Shown: positions 1 through 8,500 of the stretch, in pieces
Numbering within the stretch: position 1 is the stretch's first letter
How the letters are laid out: the number at the start of each line of letters is the position of its first letter
NCBI GenBank assembly: GCA_002502175.1
Contig: DAPQ01000002.1
Location: forward strand, 1-44,668
Reading direction: 5' to 3'
Length of the DNA: 44,668 nucleotides
From: Euryarchaeota archaeon UBA19
GTDB lineage: Archaea > Thermoplasmatota > Poseidoniia > Poseidoniales > Thalassarchaeaceae
The notes under the pieces: model-generated
The model's input: only the letters and a program-made list of their open reading frames with translations
The model's database searches: none
Told to the model about the DNA's origin: nothing
Position numbers and translations under genes: made by a program

Positions 1-72
1 GGGAGCGGCCACACTACTGCTCAACATTACGAGAACGAGGCACAAAGCCTGCAGTCTACGACCAGCCATCAT
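1..72 (-). CDS. 5' end (partial, runs off the window) of a probable secreted protein
   Basis: Manual translation from ATG at 72 gives MMAGRRLQALCLVLVMLSSSVAAP, which has basic n-, hydrophobic h- and small-residue c-regions of a signal peptide. There is no stop before the window edge. Not in the ORF track. Confidence 0.6.
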   Translation of the reverse strand, partial: MMAGRRLQALCLVLVMLSSSVAAP

Positions 73-155
73 GACCAACCGTCTCAGTATGTCCGGTTTG
101 AGGCTTTGCCCGATTTGATGCTCTCGCGCGCGAGAAGGTATGGATTGCAGAATCC

Positions 156-1283
156 TCAATCAAATCGCTGAAGGTTTCCACCATCGCGATTTCCACCGTG
201 TCTGGCGATATTCAGTGCGTCACCCAAAGAATCTGCACTCATAATTTCACGATCGAGTCGCTCCGAAGCAACTCCTGTAATGATTGACATGACCTTGATT
301 GTGTCGCCAAATGCTGGGTCCTGACGCGCTCCGAAGATAACATTCGCGTCGGGAGACAGCCTTGCAGTCATCAAGTCACAAACTTGGTTTGCCTGTTCGA
401 GAGTCATGTAAGGCCCACCTGTAACATGAATCAATGCTCCAGTAGCCCCATCGATTTCGATATCGAGTAATGGGTGGTTCAGAGCCTCATGGACCACATC
501 TTCTGGACCTTGTTCACTCTCTCCGTAAAGCATCATAGTGACTCCACCATTCTTCATGATGGCTCTAACGTCTGCAAAGTCCAGGTTGATTAGACTTGGA
601 AGAGTAATTGTCTCAACGATTCCCTTGACTATTTCTGCAATCAATTGGTCCATGATTGAGAAGGCTTCGTCAAGAGGAAGATTCGGAACGTAATGTAATA
701 ATCTGTTGTTGTCCAAAACCAGAACTGCATCTGCAGCTTTTCGAAGCAATTCGAGACCTTCCAGCGCTCTTTGCATTCTCATCCTGCGCTCTACTGAAAA
801 TGGAGTTGTGACGATTGCAACAACAAGAGCACCGGAACGCTTGGCTTCCTCCGCAACTATTGGGGCGATACCAGTACCTGTCCCTCCTCCAAGTCCAGCG
901 GTTACGAATACCAAATCAGCACCGTTGACGATTCGTGTAATGACGTCTCGTCCTGCTTCTGCACAGCGACGTCCTGTGATTGGGTCGCCACCAGCACCAA
1001 GTCCACGAGTAATGTGTCGGCCAACAAGCAACTTTTGTTGTGCACGAGTGTGATCTAGATGTTGTTTATCGGTGTTGATTGCGACAGTTATCGCGCCCTC
1101 AACTCCGATGTGAGTGATACGATTCATGGTATTGTTTCCAGAACCTCCGCAACCGCATACCAATATGCGAGGATCTGGGGGTCCAAACGACTCCAATTCG
1201 CGGTCCGTTAAGGCGGTGGGAATCCTCTCCGCAGCATTAGCAGCAGAAGCACCACCCAAACCGGTCGCAGCGTTGTCCACCAT
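156..1283 (-). CDS. ftsZ: Cell division GTPase FtsZ, FtsZ2-like
   Basis: Motifs GCGGSGNN, INTD, tubulin signature GLGGGTGTG and INLDFAD. DNNRLLHYVPNLP and PSLINLD resemble archaeal FtsZ2. Start moved to ATG 1283, preceded by AGGGGG. Confidence 0.96.
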   Translation of the reverse strand: MVDNAATGLGGASAANAAERIPTALTDRELESFGPPDPRILVCGCGGSGNNTMNRITHIGVEGAITVAINTDKQHLDHTRAQQKLLVGRHITRGLGAGGDPITGRRCAEAGRDVITRIVNGADLVFVTAGLGGGTGTGIAPIVAEEAKRSGALVVAIVTTPFSVERRMRMQRALEGLELLRKAADAVLVLDNNRLLHYVPNLPLDEAFSIMDQLIAEIVKGIVETITLPSLINLDFADVRAIMKNGGVTMMLYGESEQGPEDVVHEALNHPLLDIEIDGATGALIHVTGGPYMTLEQANQVCDLMTARLSPDANVIFGARQDPAFGDTIKVMSIITGVASERLDREIMSADSLGDALNIARHGGNRDGGNLQRFD

Positions 1284-1461
1284 TCTATGCCCCCTGTGCA
1301 TCCCAAGGGCTTGACGCCCTACGTCATCGCAGTGCAATTTCTAGCCTTCTTAACCGTTGAGGGCGTAGAGAGGGTCGAGAATGCGTTTATCGGAGTCTAG
1401 ATGTTTGGCCGGAATGCCTCCGGAAAGCGAGATAAAGAGGAGGTCACCCGAACAGACCGTA

Positions 1462-1566
1462 CCGCGCTTAGCTCAGTTGGCTAGAGCACCTGACTGTAGA
1501 CTGGAAACACATTGGTTGTAGGCAGCCATCAGGGGGTCCCCGGTTCAAGTCCGGGAGCGCGGACCA
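1462..1566 (+). tRNA. tRNA-Tyr(GTA) with 28-nt intron (1500-1527) and encoded CCA
   Basis: Acceptor CCGCGCT/AGCGCGG (C1:G72, A73, the archaeal Tyr identity), D arm GCTC/GAGC, anticodon stem CCTGA/TCAGG with GTA at 1496-1498, T loop TTCAAGT. Intron at 37/38 forms a BHB motif (CTGT pairs with GCAG; bulges AG|A and CC|A). Confidence 0.96.
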
Positions 1567-1582
1567 AAGACAATCAACTAGA

Positions 1583-1777
1583 TTATTCAACATTGAAATT
1601 GGAATCTAATTTCTCTGTAATTGATTCGCAATCTTCTACAACTACGAACATAGTATTGTCAGAAGTGTAAATCAACAATTTATCTTCTGAGTCTATCTCT
1701 TGATAGGCACAGATTGCATCCATTCTAATTCTCGTCATTCCCATTTCGGTCAAGGCCTTGATCCAGTTGGTCTTCAT
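1583..1777 (-). CDS. Small hypothetical protein (~64 aa) in an AT-rich patch
   Basis: ORF with ATG at 1777 fills the gap between the tRNA and rpl15e. Alternating beta-strand pattern followed by a C-terminal helix. Confidence 0.6.
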   Translation of the reverse strand: MKTNWIKALTEMGMTRIRMDAICAYQEIDSEDKLLIYTSDNTMFVVVEDCESITEKLDSNFNVE

Positions 1778-1941
1778 GACCGCCGCCGACAACCTGCCCT
1801 ATTTGATTCAAACGGTTAGTTGGTTGATTAACTCCAGCCAGAATTATTTTTTTTTCAGATATTGGATTATTGTCAGAATTTTTTCTTTAGATTAGGCTCA
1901 TAAAGGGGAGTCAGGTCGGCGGGATGCTTGGAGGGACAGTG

Positions 1942-2529
1942 ATGGGAGTCATGAAGCACCTAGGTTCGGTTTGGAAGCAGCCTAAGCAAAACATCCCAGC
2001 AGCAGCTCGCCGTGAGAGAATGGCTGGCTGGAGGCGCGAGCCTGTTTTCCAGCGAATCGAGCGCCCAACCCGCTTAGATGCGGCTCGCCGCGTCGGTTAC
2101 AGAGCAAAGCAGGGAATTACCGTAGTGCGCACACGCGTAAGGCGTGGTGGACTACGAAAGGGTAAGATCCACATGAAGAGAAAGCCATCAAAGGCTGGTA
2201 TCAAGAAAATCACCATGGCTAAGTCCATCCAAAGAATGGCGGAAGAGCGAACAAGCAAGCGCTATCCTAATCTCGAGGTTCTAAACTCATACTGGGTCGG
2301 CGAAGATGGAAAGAACAAATTCTACGAAGTAATCATGGTTGACCCTCATCACCCAGCAATCAAGGCAGACAAGCAATTAGGTTGGATTGCTGAAGGCAAC
2401 AGCCACCGTGGCCGAGCCTTCAGAGGAAAAACCAGTGCTGGTAAGCGTGGCCGTGGATTGTACAACAAGGGTAAGGGTGCTGAGAAGCTCCGCCCCTCCT
2501 TGAAGGCCCACAAGAACCTAGGAAAGTAA
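1942..2529 (+). CDS. rpl15e: 50S ribosomal protein L15e
   Basis: RIERPTRLDAARRVGYRAKQG, LEVLNSYWVGEDG..K.YEVIMVDP, RGKTSAGKRGRGL. GGAGGG precedes ATG 1942. Confidence 0.98.
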   Translation: MGVMKHLGSVWKQPKQNIPAAARRERMAGWRREPVFQRIERPTRLDAARRVGYRAKQGITVVRTRVRRGGLRKGKIHMKRKPSKAGIKKITMAKSIQRMAEERTSKRYPNLEVLNSYWVGEDGKNKFYEVIMVDPHHPAIKADKQLGWIAEGNSHRGRAFRGKTSAGKRGRGLYNKGKGAEKLRPSLKAHKNLGK

Positions 2530-2577
2530 TCCTTCTCGGGGCTAACTTGATTTCTTGCTTCATAGCGGGGGCCTTCG

Positions 2578-2832
2578 ATGGTGGAGAGCGAAGTCAGTCT
2601 AATTCGAGATTTACCAGTCATCCTTCCAGATGGTCGGCTTCTCGGAACAGTCCACGATACGGTGGTCGAGACAGATTCCTGGACCTGCACACACATCTTT
2701 GTCGCCGACCCTCCCGCAGATTTAGTCGAAGGCAGAGTCCACGTTGCAGTTCCTTGGAATTGGGTGCGTTCGGTCGGAGATGTTGTAGTCCTACGCTGGT
2801 TCCCCCCCACTCCAATTCCTAAGGACGAATAA
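2578..2832 (+). CDS. Stand-alone PRC-barrel protein (CdpB-like)
   Basis: DGRLLGTVHD and VPWNWVRSVGDVVVL fit the PRC-barrel pattern; 84 aa. Confidence 0.8.
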   Translation: MVESEVSLIRDLPVILPDGRLLGTVHDTVVETDSWTCTHIFVADPPADLVEGRVHVAVPWNWVRSVGDVVVLRWFPPTPIPKDE

Positions 2833-2916
2833 TCAGTGAAATTCATCTGAATTAAATGATATTTTTCCGAACGGAAATGCGATACGATTCAAAAGGCAAG
2901 CGTGAACCCCCGCGTA

Positions 2917-5481
2917 ATGCAACGTAGTTCCGTAGTACTGGTGGTCTTGCTGCTATTGACCACATCAGCCCCTGCAATTGACGCTGCTGGAAAGGGAGTA
3001 ATATCGTGTGCTCCGGCTGTATTAGGCGATCTCCCATCCAGTTGGGATATTGATGACGGGGCTTGTGTTCGAATAGATCTCGGAACCCTCTCCCCGGGTG
3101 ACACATTGTCTTTCGACGTATCTTCTGATACTAATATCGACATTTTGCTATTTTCCGGAAGTTCAATCTCAGTCTATCAGAATGAACAGAATTACCGCTT
3201 AGATTCGGTTTGGCATTCCGATTCAGTATTCGAGTCATTTCAAGGAGATGGCACCTGGCATTGGACAGCTCCAGATGATAGAGGAGATACTCGCTGGTAC
3301 CTAGTTCTCGATAATATGGCTCATCCACAGGATCAAGGAGAGGGCGCTCAAGGCGGCAGTCTCGCTACTGTAGTCCTAGATGTCCAAGAAGTCGATAGTC
3401 CCGTCTTCGGAATAGTCGATACAATTGTCCGTCTAGATAGTGGAGAGCATTCTGTACTCGCTGGCCCACTAGTTCTGGATGAAGGAACTCAAGTCAACAT
3501 ATTCGTGACAACCATGCAAGGCGCTCCGGATATTTTCCTGTTGACTGGAACCCAAATGGAATTTTACGAACAAGGAACTACCGCTAATGGTATGGATGAC
3601 AATAATGCAGATATGTTGTTGGTGTTGGAAGAAAGAAGTATTTCATGGTCGGTAAACTCGGACTATGCAGGTCAAGAACTGTATCTGATTGTGGATAATC
3701 GCCCAGGTCCTCCTAGTGGTGGTGCAGGTACAGGATTCGTGGCAACCACTGTAGTAATGGACCTGATTCCAATTTTACAGCCGACAATTACCAACTCCTC
3801 TGACCTAGCAATATTTGATGTTGGAGCAGAGGTTGTTCTCGACGCTTCGAACACTCCAAATCTTTCAAACCAAATCGATAGCGAAACCGGCTTCCAATGG
3901 GATACAAACGGCGACGGTTTCTTTGACGCCTCAGGTTCTTCAATCACAATAAGTTGGAACGAACCAGCTCAGTTTACCATCGGTCTGAGGGCAGTTTCTC
4001 AGGATGGACGAAGCGCCACTGTGTATCTCAACACAACAATTCAAGATATCAGCCCACCAGATGTTAGTCTGTCCGCAAGTGATACAATCCGCAAAGACTT
4101 CGATGACGAACTCTTGCTAACTGCCAATATTGACGATAATTGGGGGATTTACAGTGTTGAGTGGCTGGTTGATGAGACAGTAATTCAGAACTACAGTAGT
4201 TGGAATTGGGAGGATGGCAAAACATTCACTTTCCGTTTTGATTCAAGTTTTTCAGCGGGCAATCGCGAGGTTACGATTAGAGTAACTGACAAAGAAGGAC
4301 AAGTAACCGAGCGCACTGCAATCATTGAATTGTACGATTCTACCCCTCCCTTGGTTCCTCAACAGACTGTAGAGAGAACCGTTATTCTAGGTCAACCTAC
4401 TACCTTGACGGCTGAGGCTATCGATGCTGAGTCTCCGACTCTAACTTATTTCTGGGATCTAGACACCAATACAGATTCCAATTCGGATGGAATAATGGAT
4501 AACGACATGGATGCTAGTGGCTCTGCGATTACTCAGACTTTCCAACAAAAGGGAACCTACGAAATTGTTTGTACAATTGTGAATGAAGCTGGTGCTTCGA
4601 CCCAAGTGACCTACTTAGTATCAGTTCGCTCATCATCCGATGATGGCACTGGATTAAGCCCAATGATGATTGGAATTATCGCAACTGTCCTGCTAATTAT
4701 TATCATAGCCGGAATTGGCATTATTACCTGGCGTCGAATGTCGAACGCTAGGCTTGAGGCACTGCTGGAAGAACAAGCTGCCGCCGAGGAAGAGAAGCCT
4801 AGAGAACTCAGCGTCGAGGAACAAAAGGCAATGTATGGAGCAGGTTCTGCTACTCTTGACCAGCCGACTTCAATGTCCACCACATCGCAATTTGGCCAAT
4901 ATGCAACTGGTATGTCTGGTGCTAGTGATCCTCAAGCCACAATTAGTGAGGATGCAGCGATGGGAGATTCTGATTTAGAAGCCCTAATGAGCACTCCAGA
5001 ACCGATTAGTGCATCTGATCAATCAAGCCCTGCATCGGAACTTCTTGCCGAGTTTTCAGAAGAAGAATCTCATGTGGAAGATGATTCAGTAGAATTTTCA
5101 CATGACGAATTAGAAGCTACTTCTGAAGAGGTTTGGTCACCAGATGAGGCTGAGTCATTCAATGAAGAGGAGGGGCTACCTTCCCCTCCCGAACCAGAAC
5201 CTGAAGTGGATACACTCCTAGATGAAGAAGACCTTCCTGTTCCACCCGTACCAGAAAGTGAGGAACCCCCTTCTCAGCCGGAGCTAGAAGAAGAATCTGA
5301 GCCAGAAGTAATCGAAGAATCAGAATCTCCACAAATTGATTCTGAACCACAATCAAGAATTGTTCAGCAGGATTGCAGCCAGTGTCAGCAACGCTTTGAG
5401 GTGACCTTACCAGAAGGCCATGATATCGCTCGAACTGCCTGCCCGTCTTGTGGTGCTATTGAGACTGTCCGCTTGTCCTGA
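2917..5481 (+). CDS. Type I membrane protein with PKD/Ig-like domains, acidic Pro/Glu-rich cytoplasmic tail and C-terminal Zn ribbon
   Basis: Signal peptide. Two N-terminal repeats (DILLF...WYLVLDN and DIFLL...LYLIVDN). PKD-like WDTNGDG and WDLDTN motifs. TM helix followed by RR. CSQC-x18-CPSC at the C-terminus. Confidence 0.8.
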   Translation: MQRSSVVLVVLLLLTTSAPAIDAAGKGVISCAPAVLGDLPSSWDIDDGACVRIDLGTLSPGDTLSFDVSSDTNIDILLFSGSSISVYQNEQNYRLDSVWHSDSVFESFQGDGTWHWTAPDDRGDTRWYLVLDNMAHPQDQGEGAQGGSLATVVLDVQEVDSPVFGIVDTIVRLDSGEHSVLAGPLVLDEGTQVNIFVTTMQGAPDIFLLTGTQMEFYEQGTTANGMDDNNADMLLVLEERSISWSVNSDYAGQELYLIVDNRPGPPSGGAGTGFVATTVVMDLIPILQPTITNSSDLAIFDVGAEVVLDASNTPNLSNQIDSETGFQWDTNGDGFFDASGSSITISWNEPAQFTIGLRAVSQDGRSATVYLNTTIQDISPPDVSLSASDTIRKDFDDELLLTANIDDNWGIYSVEWLVDETVIQNYSSWNWEDGKTFTFRFDSSFSAGNREVTIRVTDKEGQVTERTAIIELYDSTPPLVPQQTVERTVILGQPTTLTAEAIDAESPTLTYFWDLDTNTDSNSDGIMDNDMDASGSAITQTFQQKGTYEIVCTIVNEAGASTQVTYLVSVRSSSDDGTGLSPMMIGIIATVLLIIIIAGIGIITWRRMSNARLEALLEEQAAAEEEKPRELSVEEQKAMYGAGSATLDQPTSMSTTSQFGQYATGMSGASDPQATISEDAAMGDSDLEALMSTPEPISASDQSSPASELLAEFSEEESHVEDDSVEFSHDELEATSEEVWSPDEAESFNEEEGLPSPPEPEPEVDTLLDEEDLPVPPVPESEEPPSQPELEEESEPEVIEESESPQIDSEPQSRIVQQDCSQCQQRFEVTLPEGHDIARTACPSCGAIETVRLS

Positions 5482-5577
5482 ATTGGGAATTTCTTTGCAT
5501 TATTTTCTCTCAATAGACGTGCCTCTTCCTGCTCTTGTAGCCCAAGACCCTAAATCGCACCTCACAGAGGTGCGGCT

Positions 5578-8500
5578 ATGGAGAATGGTTCAGTGCGCTT
5601 GATTCGTACTGCGCCAAAATCGAAAATTTCTCTTCCGGTTCTACTTGTAATCCTCTTTTTCCTACCTACATTGGCACCGTTTGCAACCGTTAGTGGAGAG
5701 GCTAGAATAGAGTCACAAGATTTTCAGATTCTAGATGAATTGGGAAATGTTCTGAACCAAAGGGAAGAAGTAGTTCTAGGAGATTCCGTGAGTAATATTG
5801 CAGGTCCATTATTGGACCAGGTCCGAGTTGGGGTTCAGGATACTTCGGTTGCCGATCCTCTCCATGATATCGATGAGGCTTTGGATGATGTCATCATCGT
5901 AGAAACCGCCGTCCCTGCAGTCATTCATCCTGAACCTTACATCATTCTCACCGACGAGAGTAGTCGCCCCCCTGGCGAGGTCAGAACAATTTGGTCAACT
6001 CTGTTTAATTTGACAGATTATGTCATTTGGACTCGATATGTTGACACCGATGGCAATGTTGTAGAACAGTTTGAGACGATAACATTCCTTACCAGTTTAC
6101 TGTCTCTTTTGGATCCAGAGACCGATTTCTTACTACACCAAATGGATATAGATGGTGATGGTGATGATGATATTCAAGTGGGTCTCACTGTTAACCTAAA
6201 CAACATTGATTTGTCCGGTGCAACTCTTTCTGCATATGTCCAATTAGATTACCAAGTTAGCGTTCTGCCATCAAGCACCACCGATTCTGATTGGGATAAT
6301 TTGCAGACTCTTGAGGTTAGTATCCTGAAAGCATTTGCATATTCTGACGGAGTTCTAAACGAAGGTGAATCATATGTCTGGGTTATTGATTCAAAGTTCA
6401 CTCACACCCCTTATGACTTTACATTGGGAGTAGGTTTGGAGAGATTCTCGTTCGACCTCTCAGGGGCTGGTGCTGACCTTATTTTGTCCCTTGTCAACGC
6501 ACTTACTTTCGGAGTTTTCAATGATGGAGATGAATCAGGGGTTAGCATCGCATCTTTAGCCGCGCCATATCAAATTTCAATTGATAACTCAGGGCAAACT
6601 GAATGTCCAGACCGTTACTCACCAATCGAACTGACAACTTTACCTTCGAGCGAGATATCTTGTGGAGTGACTGCTGGATTTGGATATGTTCACTTTTCAC
6701 CGCCTGATTCTCAGGATAATAGAGAAGTTTGGGAAGTAGCTTATATCGAGGCTGCAATTCATCCAAACAGGCTTTCAACCATTCTCCCAGAGCAATTAGA
6801 AGTAACAATTCGAACCGATAGTACTCTTGCTGACGGAACTGGTACTTTGGGAGAAAATGGCTTGACTACGCTTGAGTATTGGGCCGATGAACGAGCCGAT
6901 TTACACATTCATTTCCATGAAGATCGCTCCGAGGCACCAGAAGAAAATTCCGATGGTAATTATGGCAATGTAACGGACTCACGTGGTTGGTTTAGGGGTA
7001 TGCCGGAAGGAAGTCTAACCACAGAGGAGATAGATCGTACATTCACGATGTTGGGTTCCAAGTCAGAACCAGAATTACCCGGAAGTCAACCAGACCGTCT
7101 AGGTTTGATTATTGCAGTGAAGAACTTCACAAGAGATACTTCTCAAAATGTCGATGATCCATCTCTTCCTGTTAACCCTGCATATCCTCCAAAGACACTG
7201 GTTCTGGTTCGTTCGATACAATCTCTGGAGTCAGTCGAATACCATTCTTGGATGAAACGCGGAGGTGTGGACACAGATCATAGACGAATCCAGATAACTG
7301 CCGAAGAAATCCCTACGGCCATAGTCTTCTTTGGCTCATTTGAATTAGGAGGGGCCGATAATGCAGATACCAGTCTCGATACAGGTCAGAACCTAGATTT
7401 CCTTTCTCGAATATTAGACGTCGTTCTGATAAATATAGTAGATTTATTCCTAGATATTGGCACTATATTGAACGATATCCCTTCTGCTACAGTGGATGTA
7501 ATCAGTGGAGGTATCGGTGGTTCTGGAGGTATTTCGGGCGAGACTCTTCACCTACTGATGCATGATAATTGGAGGCCAGAGAGAGAATCTCGGTCAATCT
7601 CCGAAATAGGGCTTCAAATTGGTTCAAGTCCACATCCTACAATTTCTGGTGACCACCTTATCTTATCCAAGGATAGAGAATTAGATACTGTGCAAGGTCG
7701 GAATGGCCCCCAGACTCCTTTGGTACAAGTTGCTGCAAGTTTACGATTCAGCGGACTCAGTTCGTTTACTCTGATAGATGAAATCGAAACTGACTCTCAG
7801 TCATTCTCTCTTCGTACCTCTTCAGAAAAATCATTCACATTCCTATACATCGACCATCAGCCTTCCAACCTTGAAGATGCTGCCCATCAGGGATTATGGA
7901 TTTCAGATATTCCTGACAATATAACAGCAGATTCAACTCCAGAATTTGCCACATATTATGCCAGTTCCACCATCGACAGACTCAGTTATACAGGAATTGA
8001 AGGAAGTCAGAGACAAGCCGCTCATATTCTGGATGTTCCAGCAGAATTTACTGTTGAATTTGGAGATACCACAAAGTGGACAGCATCTTCGCCTATTTCG
8101 ACAATCCACGCACAGCTTACCGATGCTGAAAACCCAGTAACGATGAGCGGAGACCACTTCCTCTTCCATCACCATCCGGAAGATGGGACTTCAACAATTT
8201 CAACTAGAATCTCTGGTCTACAAGAGGTTGGTTGGAAAGCTCCTGCTGTGGCTGGTGCAACAGGCGCGATGGGGCAAGGCACCGCCTTTATGTCCGTAGC
8301 AGGAGATCGAACTATGAGTATCAATGTCGATCACGCACCAACTCAAGATGAAGGAGGCCTTTCGGCGTTGGTTCTTATCGATCCTCTTCCGTCAAATGTT
8401 TCAGTAGATATTCCAACCGGAGCCGATGCAGGCAATAATTTGGTAATACCAGAATTGAATACCTCACAAGGGGTTTCTGGAGTTGCCTTTTTCCTTGGAG

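Noticed and set aside
1284-1337. N-terminal extension of ftsZ in the ORF track
   Set aside because: It starts at a non-ATG codon and is not FtsZ-like. ATG 1283 has a purine-rich RBS.
1310-1425. Possible structured ncRNA between ftsZ and the tRNA (ACGCCCT/AGGGCGT, CCGGA/TCCGG)
   Set aside because: The stems are short and match no family I recognise. The region must also hold two divergent promoters.
2349-2846. Alternative 165-aa minus-strand and 91-aa plus-strand ORFs
   Set aside because: They overlap rpl15e and the PRC-barrel gene, and their composition is not protein-like.
5040-5360. Repetitive GAA-rich DNA
   Set aside because: It encodes the Glu/Pro-rich linker. It is not a tandem repeat element or CRISPR array.
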